From Obrimoposthia wandeli (lineage: Eukaryota), in assembly GCA_977020255.1 (NCBI GenBank), contig CDROCS010000752.1, positions 62,001 through 126,000 on the forward strand: a stretch of 64,000 bases of DNA, in the 5' to 3' direction. The position numbers were made by a program, and so were the translations under genes. The notes under the pieces were generated by a model. The model saw nothing but the letters and a program-made list of their open reading frames with translations. It did no database searches and was not told the DNA's origin. Position 1 is the stretch's first letter. Every line of letters starts with the position of its first letter. Below, piece after piece: positions 1 to 10,774 of the stretch.

Positions 1-448
1 TAACATAGTTTATTCAATTTAAACTATTAATAATTATTGAGGATTCAAAAACAGTTTCTTCAAAATATAACTCACGTCCTTACTAGTCCTTCTAAGCGTT
101 TAATATTTTAATAATTTTAAAGAAGTGTAATAAACTACTTAAAATTGTATAATACAGTATTTTAGGATTCTTATATCTTATCAATAATATATATCATTAG
201 CAGTAGAAAGTACATTTATATTAAAGGTTTAGAAATATAAACGTGTTTCATAAGATCAGTTTAAATTGTTTTATTACTTCAAAACATATAAGAATTGCTA
301 CAATAATTTGTATCAATTCAAACTTTTATATATATTTTAGATATTAGTTTTATATATTTAATATTTACAAAATTGGGGCTTTAATAGGATTGTAAGTATA
401 TTATAGTTGTTATCTTTAATTGATTTTTCAAGACTCATACTCTTGCAC

Positions 449-955
449 ATGTTGACTTCTTCATCATTAAAAAGAGAATTCGATAATGAAGACGACTTGA
501 CAATTGACGATGACGACGATAGATTATTTGTCGGTTTATCCATAGATCTGAATTATGAGTCCATTTTCCCGGACACTCCGATGTCTAGTTACAGCGCCAG
601 TTCAACAAGTATCAGTGACATGAATTTCTTGGAGGACTCTGTGGTAAACTACGACAATAGCTGCAGCAGCAATAGTAGCAATTTTGTAATTAGTGATGAC
701 GATCTGAGGGAAATGTCTGTGAAGGAATTCAATAAGATAACAAAGTCTATGTCAAAAGATTCCGTTCGTTTGTTAAAGAAACGAAGAAGGCAGCTGAAGA
801 ATCGGATATACGCCAAAAGCAGTAGGAGACGGCGTGTGGAAGGATTTCGCCATGAAGACGTTCGAGACCGTCTGCAGCAGCTGACGGCGGAGGTGAGCCA
901 GCTGCGGAGGGAAAGAGACTTTTATAAAAGAATGGTGGAAGAGTCCGTCAGTTGA
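449..955 (+). CDS. Maf-family bZIP transcription factor-like protein with acidic N-terminus
   Basis: ISDDDLREMSVKEFNK...LLKKRRRQLKNRIYAKSSRRRR...LTAEVSQLRRERDFYK matches the Maf extended homology region, basic region (Maf-specific NRxY) and zipper ending ERDxYK. First ATG is at 449. Possible 5'UTR intron 392-432 (GTAAGT...TTTTTCAAG, 41 nt). Confidence 0.9.
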   Translation: MLTSSSLKREFDNEDDLTIDDDDDRLFVGLSIDLNYESIFPDTPMSSYSASSTSISDMNFLEDSVVNYDNSCSSNSSNFVISDDDLREMSVKEFNKITKSMSKDSVRLLKKRRRQLKNRIYAKSSRRRRVEGFRHEDVRDRLQQLTAEVSQLRRERDFYKRMVEESVS

Positions 956-2871
956 TTTCAGTCGGGAGCGCTCATTCGTCTTCTACAATTATTAATCTGC
1001 ATTTGAGTTCCGTCTTGTTCTCTTTTCGGTGCTGCTGTGTCGTTGGGGGTGAAGTTGGCCTAGTTGTGAGGTTATTTTACTTTGTTTAAGGTTAATTTTC
1101 GTTTTTGTGGGACATTTTTAGCGTTTTTGTGCCAAAAACCTTTGAAAATAGGGAAAATTTTTCGATTAAAGAAATATTGGTTGAGGAATTTAGATTAGTT
1201 TGTTTTTAATGAATGCAAATTTGTTTTGAATATTCAAAAAGTATAAAAATGAGAAAAAAACTGTTAAACTAAACAAAAATATCAATAAAAATGATTTTAT
1301 GCCCAAAATTTAGCACATTCTTTGTTCTAATAATAAAATCTATGATTTATTTATATATTATGATGACTTATTCTATTTAAAAATAAAAAACTGAATGATT
1401 TTTACATAAAACTGTAAAAAATCTAATTTTAGACTTTCAGGAAAATTTAATTAATGAAATGGAAAATTATGAGTATTACAAAACAGTTCAGAATACTTTA
1501 AAGATATAAATGCAACTTAAAAGTCACACTAAGATCGGTCCAATGAAAACTGGAAAGGATTTAATCAAAAATTGGGAAACTGAATATGCTGTAACTATCA
1601 AGGAGAACAAATAAAATCCGAGAATATTTATCCAAAGAATCTCATTATAGTGCAATTTTGCACAATAAATGTTCAGTTTTAATGTCCCCCATATTTATAT
1701 AAACTTCCAGAAAGTGAGAATCCAAGTTCAATTACAGGAGCAGAAAGGACGATAGTAGAGGACTGGCAGCTCAGAGATTGTGTTTACCGTGGGTATGCGT
1801 ACAAGCCGTACCACAGATTGTCATAATCGGGGAGAAAGTGTAATAATAGTGAAATATTCGGAAGACACCTTGTTGTAGGATCGCAAAGATTAAGTCCATT
1901 TCTGTCAGAAGATAATGGTGAATTAATTGTGTGGTTGCATCGGCGCTGGGGAACCTTTTACGAATTATGAACAACTAGTTTTGTATGAATGGGATTGGCA
2001 AGTGAGGCCATGTATGAAAAAAGAGTTTCCATAAAAACCATCATTGTTTGGACTATGATATTTGTAAAAAGTGTTTGAAAGTCCTTTAAAGTTTTGATTA
2101 AATCACACATCAAGACGTTTTTGTTTAGAAAATCCTGTAGTTAAATACTCAAAGTAGCTGATCAATTATAATTATTAAAAGATGAAGCTCTACAGAAGGT
2201 CCTCGCATATTCAAAACCTTTTGTGGTGCTTGTCACTTAAGTTTGATTTAAAAAGACGCTCCTCTACGACTCGAGAACTCGGGCAAGCGGTCGTTGCATT
2301 GTAATTGTAGGTGCTCTTGTTGTAATAAAAAGTAAAGGTGACCAAGTTATTTTAGGATATACAAATAAATTTTAAACTATTATAAAGATCTCTGATTTCC
2401 ACTTTTGATAACTTCTCCTGTTAGTTTATACTGACCTTGCAACTTCATTCAACATTTCAACCTAATCAGTCAAGAATGAAAAATCCATTCCAACATGTCT
2501 CGTTTGATTATCTAAAATTTGAACATTTCTTTCATTACTCTACTGAGCTTGAAAGTCGCCTCACTTGGGGAAAATTAACGACATCCTCATTTAGCGATCC
2601 AAGCATTTGAAAAAAACATCTGAAGAAAATCCAAAGAATATAATATAATTTTGGAAAAAATTTAACTTTAAAACTGCAGTTGAAAATATCAAAATGTGTC
2701 ATTCATTACTTATGTTTCTTTCTTATAATTAAAGTACAATATATTTTAATGACTCTTATTTTTGTTGTTCATAGTGATTCTTTTTCTTTCTATTTTTGAA
2801 AAATTACCTAAATCTAAAAGTAGGCTGCCTCTTATCTGGGGGTCATACATTATTCTTTGATATATAATAGC

Positions 2872-3062
2872 CCAACACCCACCACCCAACACCCAACGCC
2901 CACCGCCCAACACCCAACACCCACACCACCCACACCAACCACACCACCCATACCACCCACACCAACCATACAACCCACACCAACCATACCACCTACACCA
3001 ACCACACCACCCACACCACCCCACACCTCCCCACACAACCCCACACAACCCCACACCACCCA
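2872..3062 (+). repeat. C/A-rich low-complexity tract with ~9-bp period (CCACACCAC/CCACACCAA/CCATACCAC)
   Basis: Directly visible, lies just downstream of a TATATAA at 2861-2867. Confidence 0.85.
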
Positions 3063-3064
3063 AA

Positions 3065-4207
3065 TTGATTTCGCTGTCCCAGCCGGAGAAAGTCCTCGCA
3101 CCAGACTCAGACGAGGAGCTGTTCACCGATGACGTACCGTTGGATGGGGAGGAGGACTTGACTCCATTCATCGACGAATGGATACAGCCAAGTATCGGAG
3201 CCCCAGGAGCCAACGATTCGATGGTGGCAGAATTGGACGAGGACGAGTGGCACCTGTTCACCGACGATTGGGATGGTCTCACTCCCTCTGCTACTCCAAC
3301 TCCGAAAGCGGATAATACAACGCCTGAACCATTCAAAAGGCCGAAATCTCCGATACGTGCTGTTAGGAGAATAAAAGCGACGAATGAGGTTAAACCTCAT
3401 TTATTTTAAATGTTTTTTAATTTCATTTTCAGAAACTTTAACTGGATTTGGCACCGTCAGTGACCATGGCGGAGAGGCTCATAGAACCGCAGTTCTTGGC
3501 GAGTCAATGCAGCCAGGAGCTGCCAAGGAGTGAGCTCCGATACCTAGCGTCTCCAGATAATTTTAAGGTAAATTATTTAGATATTAAATTTAATAATTCA
3601 CATAGATGGAGAACATTCTCGAAGAGGCGATGCCTATTCAACCGGTGGATAGGAAGCAAGCGGGAGTTAAGAAACCGTAACGCCATCGAGTCAAAACCCA
3701 CACGGGATTAGTCCACCGTCAAGTCAACGACGCCTGCAGGAGACATCAAATTTGGCCAGGGCTTGGGAGACTGCATCTCCAACAATCAGCCAGAACTTGA
3801 AGAGGGCCTGGGATGAAGCTGGATTGGACGAATTCCTGGCGGAACTGGATACACCGGCAATGCTTCCAGATTCGCGAGGGAAACAGGATGTCGTCTCACG
3901 CCAGCTTCAGCGTGAGAAGGAGGAGAAACAGAAGAAAGCCTCACGGAAGAGGAAGAGGACTTCTATGTCGGGGCCATCAACATCGGTTGCACCTCCTCCC
4001 AAAAAGTTGCGGCAACTATTGCCAAAACCTGAGGGAAGGACAATTGCTGTACAACAACCGGTGAAGCCAAAAAAGAAACCGGGCCGGCCAAAGAAGAAGG
4101 AGCCAGTACCGCTTTCTCCAATAATACTTAGTCGAAGGGATTTCGATGAGGATGATCCCAATGATGACTTTGTAAAGATTTTTAAGAATATAATTTATAA
4201 AAATTAA
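3065..4207 (+). pseudogene. Three-exon accessory gene: acidic/aromatic N-terminus, basic C-terminus with AT-hook-like KPGRPKK; one nonsense, one frameshift
   Basis: GC-rich exons are separated by AT-rich GT-AG introns 3389-3432 (44 nt) and 3568-3605 (38 nt), both phase 0. In-frame TAA at 3439 and a frameshift near 3670. Start codon not located. Confidence 0.7.
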
Positions 4208-4425
4208 TTTCATGTGTTTTCTTCTTAATATTTATTTTTAAAAATATTTAAATTTAGAAATATTAAAATACTATCTTTAAATTTATTAGGTTTAAATGCA
4301 ATGATAAGTTATAGATTTATTAAACTCTCATTTGATAAATAAAAATATATCATTTAATTGGATTAAAACATATCTTAAATTTATATATATAGGTTCAAAT
4401 TTATTAATATCTTCATAATTAAAAA

Positions 4426-4704
4426 ATGGAATTCATTAAAATGAAGAGTCTGGTAACGAAGATTGAAGAAAACATTCGGAGAAATGAGAAGAAAGGAGAC
4501 TTAAGAAAGAGGGTCCTCAATCAAAATTTGTATACTGCTGTCGCGACTGAGTGGAATCGTCGGGTGGAGATACAAGATAGGCTGCTAGCAGAACGACGTA
4601 GGGTTGTGGAGTGGAATAAGAAGATCGAAATGGAAAAGAAGGTGATGAAAAAGAAGAAAAGAGTTATATCGTCGAGGAGCAAGAAAGAAAATCCTCCAGA
4701 TTAA
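4426..4704 (+). CDS. Small basic coiled-coil protein with SERTA-like motif
   Basis: Intact 92-aa ORF. SLVTKI...DLRKRVLNQNLYTAVATE resembles the SERTA consensus SLxKL...LRRSVLIxNTLRxIxxE. Family assignment is tentative. Confidence 0.6.
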   Translation: MEFIKMKSLVTKIEENIRRNEKKGDLRKRVLNQNLYTAVATEWNRRVEIQDRLLAERRRVVEWNKKIEMEKKVMKKKKRVISSRSKKENPPD

Positions 4705-4819
4705 ACCGGAAGAGGGTCTTTCTACAAAAAAATAAATGTTTGATTATTATTTTATCTATATTGATTATGTTACATAACTGTCTAAATATAAACAAATTTA
4801 TATATAATGTTTTTGTAAG

Positions 4820-5041
4820 ATGGATAATAAAAATTGGAATAAATTATACATTAAATTATCTCCAGATTTAATGGAAGATTATAAAAAAAATTACTTTTCA
4901 GAAAATGATACTCTGGAAATTGTTGGAAATAAAATATGTAAGTTAATTTCGAAATATTTAGGTATGTTTACATTTAATATAATTTATTTAATATTCATAG
5001 GAGAATTGACAATATATACCAATCTTAACATGAAAGACTGA
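4820..5041 (+). CDS. Hypothetical Maverick protein with an in-frame 39-nt intron; 3' end probably damaged
   Basis: ORF track 73 aa. AG|GTATGT donor at 4962 and CATAG acceptor at 5000. Confidence 0.45.
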   Translation: MDNKNWNKLYIKLSPDLMEDYKKNYFSENDTLEIVGNKICKLISKYLGMFTFNIIYLIFIGELTIYTNLNMKD

Positions 5042-5129
5042 ATCCTGAGTTCTTTGTTATTTTAATAAATTTTTGATTAATGGTTATTTTCGTATTAAAC
5101 AACGGGATTTGCTACAAATTTGTGTAATT

Positions 5130-5523
5130 ATGCAGGAATATATCATAGATTTTGAGGCTTTCATTAACAAAAATGGAGATTATATTATAAAAGAATTATG
5201 TATTATGGATGTATGCGACGTTTTTCATCCATTGCATTTCATATTTCAAATAGATATCCCATTTAAAAGTTTAGATTATAAGAAAAAATTTACTAATTTA
5301 TATCTAACTAATTATTTTCATTTATTATTTTGATATTGAAAATGGAATTTTTTATGTTTTAGATGAAATGGATGGCAAAAAGTATAAGAATTTTAAAAAA
5401 TATTTTCCCAAATTGAGGTTTAATACTTTAAATATTTCACCTGATCATCTATTAAAAATTCCACGAAATATTTGCTGTCCATATCGTAATTATGGTGACC
5501 ATTGCGCATATAAAAAATGTTAA
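5130..5523 (+). pseudogene. DEDD/DnaQ-like exonuclease-fold protein of the type seen in Mavericks, frameshifted
   Basis: MQEYIIDFEAF...YIIKELCI (D-x-E-x-F...I-K-E) and C-terminal CCPY...DHCAYK motif, with intervening stops/frameshifts. Confidence 0.6.
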
Positions 5524-5705
5524 AGTCTATCTTATTATTACTTGACATGTAGATAAACAATTTTTCTAATTCATAATTTTCATTCAATTACAAATAATTC
5601 TTTTGATTGGAGGAATAAAAAATATTTTTTCGACCATTTAACAGATAAACAATCCTTCTCAATAAAATTCAATTTTTTCTAAGAGCATGTGTGCATAAAT
5701 TTTAG

Positions 5706-5713
5706 TATATAAA
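5706..5713 (+). promoter_or_regulatory. TATA box upstream of spliced pPolB leader
   Basis: TATATAAA about 40 nt before ATG 5754. Confidence 0.45.
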
Positions 5714-5753
5714 CAAACACTTTCTTCATTAAAATCCCCGACTATTTGAAATA

Positions 5754-6536
5754 ATGACTATGGTAAGAATCTATATTTATTATTTCTTTATTAATATTTA
5801 TTTTTAGATTACGTGTAACCTGTTTCCAGCATATTGTGGTGCTTCGGCTCCACATGGAGGAGAGTCCTGCATGGAGATAATGTCCGCCTACTATCGGACA
5901 AAGTCTCGCAGGCTTCAATTCTTCGTCTGCCCTTCTGCAGAACAATGGAGGAGAAGGACTTTCGAAACTTCTTCGGTGAACATCGAGCTCACCTATCCTG
6001 TTTCACGGCCAACAACAAGAAGAGGGATATCGTGCAATTGGTGCGAAATTCACAGGTCGCTCCAGCTCCTGCTCCAATTCCAGTTGCAGTCGATCAACCC
6101 TTTTACGGTCCTGCGATTGGTCTCCTGTCTCCTGATTCTGCACCATCCACTCAAATGAATAACAATGAGTGGATGAACGACATCTCCCAAGAAGATTTTG
6201 AGATGGAGCAGTGGAGCGACAACTGCTGGTTGGAGACCACCGAGAAATCCGATTTCGTCGAGTTCACGAACGACAGCTGGATGGATTCTGTCAATGAAGA
6301 GGACTTCCAACCAGCTACAGTTGGATTGCCTTCATTAGGTACTTTTTTATTATTATTTTAGTGATTATTTTTGAAAATAGTAATTATATATACTTTCTTT
6401 TTTTTTTATTCAGGAAATACCGTGATACAGCCGTCGTCCGCTACGATAGCTATGCATCCCCCATCGCGAGTGCCTACGCGCCTTAGAGGTAATAATTTTA
6501 AAAATATATATTTATTTTTTAATATATTTATTTCAG
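5754..6536 (+). pseudogene. Spliced 5' exons (9-nt micro-exon, Cys/His-rich then acidic-Trp exon, short exon) joining in frame to the pPolB reading frame
   Basis: Introns 5763-5807 (45 nt, GTAAGA), 6339-6413 (75 nt, phase 1) and 6489-6536 (48 nt, phase 1). Splicing 6338 to 6414 joins ORF 5834 to ORF 6371 in frame. A 1-nt frameshift near 5933 restores CPFCR. Confidence 0.6.
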
Positions 6537-9500
6537 CAGCATCATCCTCTACAACAGCCGCTTCTTCATCGGCAATGCCAGTGAATACCTCAGCTACTCC
6601 AACTTCAATTGCAGCATCTACAACTGCAACTGTATCATCATCTGCGGCAACACCACCAACAGCAGCCCCTTCCACATCACCTGCGATTGCCTCAACATCG
6701 ACAGCATCACCAATAGCAGCACCTTCAACCTCAGCTGCGATAAATATAACTAGTTGTCTTCCCGTTCAATTAGAGGGAGTTTTGTCAGTGACTGTAGGAA
6801 GAAAGAGGCGAGGCCAATTTCTTTATAAGGTCCCACCCAAAAAACGTAGAGAAAACGGTGCTACTATAGAGTATCACCTAAATAATAAATATGTTATAGT
6901 TAAGGTGCCATTAGAAAATGAAATTTTATTAAACGTAGGTGTAGATTTAAATATTGAAAGTCTTTTAAAATCAGAAGTGACTAAATTAGGACAGGCTAAG
7001 GTTCAATTTTGCGCAACAGTGCAGTTTAAAAATGTCAATGAGGAGACTAAAACTTGGGTAATTTCACATAAAGCAACTGTCTTCTATGATAATTTTGTAA
7101 CTGAAATTGGAAGAAACCTAGATGAAAGAATTGCTAATTATAGTGAGTTAAGTAGTGGATGGACTTTAGTTAGAATTCACGATCTTAGCTTTGTTCTAAC
7201 TTAGTTCACTGACATGATATATCTTTCGGGGAGTTAATACATTCCTTCACCTAGATCTCTTCAACTTTCACGTTCCATTGTTAACATACAAAACAGTGAT
7301 AACCTTTGCTTTCTGTATAGCGTGTTGGCCATTCTCAAAATGGATGTCATTACTGAGCATAGAGAGCGTGTCAGTAAATATACCCATTTTTAAATGAATT
7401 GCAGTATCATGGAATACATTTTCCTGTTAAATTAACTGCGATATCGAGATTTGAACACATTAATAACTTCAAATATAATACTGATATCCCAGTTAATGAA
7501 ACAGATGAAGAAATATTTAAAAATCCTTTTGTAGATGATTTTATAGGAGCTAAAATGAGGGGACTCAGGTCAACTTAATTTTGCTCGAACATAATAAAAA
7601 ATTTCATTATGCTGCAATTCCTAATTTAGATCGTTTTCTAAATTTAGATAATGGATCCTTACCGGTTAGGATAAGGTGTAAGTGGTGTCATAGATGTTTA
7701 CATGGATTCTGATCCGAGCTCTCTTACAGCAAACATCTGACATTATGTTCACTAAATCCTGATGACAATACGCTATATAGCATGCCTAAGGATAAGGATT
7801 TAAAATTCAGGGATTGAGCAAAATGCATACCCGTGGCATTCAGAGTGTATGCAGATTTTGAGTCAATTCTAGCATTGCACGACCAGTATGAGAGTATTCA
7901 CCTACCGGCTTCGACAGGACTACTATTCTTAGGCCCCAATATTACACAGTATCATAAATTTTCCGGTCCAAATTGTATTTTAGATTTTATGTTAAAATTA
8001 GAAGAATTAGGAACAACAATTGTCAAACCGTGGTATGATCTCAATGCTCATCAAGCAATGATCATGACAGGCATAGACTGGGTTAACTTTAATTCTTGTA
8101 GATTATGTTATTTGTGTGGAACCCAGTCTAAGTTAGTCAGAGATCACGGTCATGTTACGGGGCGATACTTGGGAGAGGCGTGCAACCTCTGTACCTTAGC
8201 CGTCGTCTCCCTAAAAATCCACGCATTCCCATCGTGTTTCATAATCGCAAAGGATATGATTTGCATCATATACTTAAATACGCGTTGGGTACATTAAGCT
8301 CTTGGGAAATTTCATGTATACCTCAAACTTCAGAGAAATATTTATCTTTAACTGCATATACTGAATTCTGCAGTTTAAGATTCATAGATTATCTGCAGTT
8401 TTTGAGTGGGTCTTTAAAAAATGTAACGGCATCTTTAAATGCATGGCCAATCACACAGTCAGTGTTCCCAGCTTCTGTTAATGATAAGGGATTTTTTCCG
8501 TATAAATTTGCGAAAACCTTTGCAAATTTAGAAAATACAACTGAAATCCCACTCATAACTGAATTTGAGGGTGTAAGTCTTCAAGACTATAATGAGGTCC
8601 GTACATTTTGGGCGAATAATTGTCGAAATCTTCTAGAATATATGCTTTATTATATGAAGTTAGACATTTATCTTTTAGCTGATGTTTTAGAGTCCTTTCG
8701 TGTAAAATCTTTAGCAGAAGATGGGCTATATCCCATGCATTTTTTAGGTTACCTGGTCTTTCATGGGCAACAGCAATAAAAACACTTAAAATTAATATCG
8801 AGTTATTGCAAGATCCCGCGATGTATCAAATGTATGATTATGGTATACGCGGTGGAATGACTTTTGTCAACAAACATCATGTTGTCAAAAATCAATCCAC
8901 GGAGATTCTGTACATCGACATTAATAATTTGTATGGGTGGACGCTTACTCAACCTCTACCTCATGCCAACTTTATGATGAGGAAGAGTTGAATAAGTTGA
9001 TGACAGATTTGGCTACAGTTGATACAGTTTCATCAGACGTCGGCTATTTGGTTGAGGTTGACTTAACAATCCATCCCAATGTGCATGATAAATTAGATGA
9101 TCTTCCAGTAGCGCCTGTTCATCAATGCCCACCTAATTCAAAGGTTAAGAAATTATTGTTAACCCATGAAGACAAGTTGAATTATGTTGTGCATTGGCGG
9201 CTTCTTCAATTCTACTTAAAGTTGGGAGCGAAAGTTACTCGAATTCATCGTGCTATAAGCTTCAGTCAAAACCTTTTTATTTAAAGACTATATTGAGAAG
9301 AATTCTAGAAAACGTAATTTGGCCACTAGCAAATTCGATCGGGATTTTTACAAGTTAAAAAGTAATAGTCTCTTTAGAAAAGCTGTAGAGAACTTGCGGA
9401 AACGTATTTGTCTACTGTTTTGCAATGATGAGCGTAAACTAATAACATATACTAGCAAGTACAACTTCAAGCGTATTTTTACAATTGCAGCTGACTTGGT

Positions 9501-10113
9501 AGCAGTGTTATTAAGAAAACAGAGTATGTGTCTCGATCGACCGAGTTATATAAGTCAAACGGTTTTAGACATTTCTAAACTCAGAATGTACGAGCTTCAA
9601 TACATAGAATTAGAGAAATATCGACAAGAATTCAATTGTGAGATCAAATTCGCAGCTGGGGACACGGACTCTTTCTTTTTAGAATGTAAAAATGTTAGTT
9701 TAAATAATCAAATATTACCAGCAATGTTTAGAGACAACTTACTAGATACCCATGAATATCCCGCTAACCATCCTCTACACTCTATGAGTTTAAAGGATAT
9801 TATCGGGAAATTTAAGGATGAAAGCGAGGGACAGGTTTCGTATGATGATTGTATTTTCCTACGCCCTAAATGCTACAGTTTACATTCATCTAATAATACA
9901 TATTCAATGAGAGCAAAGAGTGTGGGAAGAAAAAATCTTACACATGAGGCCTACCGGAACGTTTATAATACTGGGGGTATTGAAAGCGTTGAGCAAACTA
10001 GATTTATTTCAAGAGCCCATCAACTGTATTCCCATAAATCAACCAAAATCGTCTTGAGTAGTAATGACGACAAGCGCTTTTGGGTAGAAAAAAACGCTAG
10101 CCTGGCTTATTGA
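6537..10113 (+). pseudogene. polB: Protein-primed family B DNA polymerase (pPolB), multiple stops and frameshifts
   Basis: SGW; NIQNSDNLCFLYSVLA...HYAAI (vOTU-type Cys and His boxes); C2H2-like finger; YADFES exonuclease motif; EndoVII-like CYLC..VRDHGHVTG; FHNRKGYD; KGFFPY; polymerase motifs DINNLYG, KLKSNSLF and GDTDS; RPKCY; DDKR. Confidence 0.95.
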
Positions 10114-10392
10114 CACTTCCGAATTTAAACAGTTTTCATTTTTTGATTTTTTTAGTTTAGTTTTCTAAAATTTTAGATCCCTATGGCACCTTGACTCTAA
10201 CATTTTGTTATTTCAATACATTTTTTAGTATGGACCTTATCTTTGCTGACAGATTTCATTGTGATGTTGTTTTTAATAAATGTATTAAAAAAAAATCGTC
10301 TTATGTCTTTTATTATTTTACCCTTATATTTTTTTAGGGATTTAAAAAATAATTCAAAATAAAACATTTAAAATTTTTATTTTTATAACACA

Positions 10393-10774
10393 CTAATCGT
10401 TTTGCAACGATAACCATAAAATACATAAATGTCCACAGTTTCTCGTCGCATGATCCTGATATTGTATTTTGTTGTAAAATACTCTTCTTCGTCCTTTTTG
10501 AATAGTTGAAACAGGTTTGTGTGGATAATACATTGCAAGTGGATCAAATACGTTTATTGTCCACTCTCTAACATAAATAGATATCCAATGTTCTCCCAGT
10601 AAATTCGAAGTATGAGTATTGATAATGTAACCTCCAGATTGAAAAAATGGGATCATATCAATTGGATAAACTCCATTGAATTTATCACCCAGGACCTTCT
10701 CTGCTGATTCTTGTACTTGTACTGAACTAAATAAAAATTAATAAATATAAATTTTAAAAAATGTCTTACTTCAT
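10393..10774 (-). CDS. Adenain-like cysteine protease; 2 exons (10774-10770 and 10726-10393)
   Basis: GEHW, FDPL, QYQD and NCGHLC catalytic motifs. ATG AA|GTAAGA...TTTAG|T TCA splices (43-nt intron) to MNSVQVQESAEKVLGDKFNGVYP in frame. Confidence 0.9.

Noticed and set aside
1-450. Left TIR of the Maverick (e.g. AGTAG near 202)
   Set aside because: No similarity to the right-end sequence beyond 5 nt.
2746-3336. ORFs 2746-3336, 2850-3101, 2857-3132 and 3107-3400
   Set aside because: Products of the low-complexity C/A tract or antisense shadows of the 3065 gene.
449-6500. LxCxE Rb-binding motif in the accessory proteins
   Set aside because: Looked for in the translated ORFs and not found.
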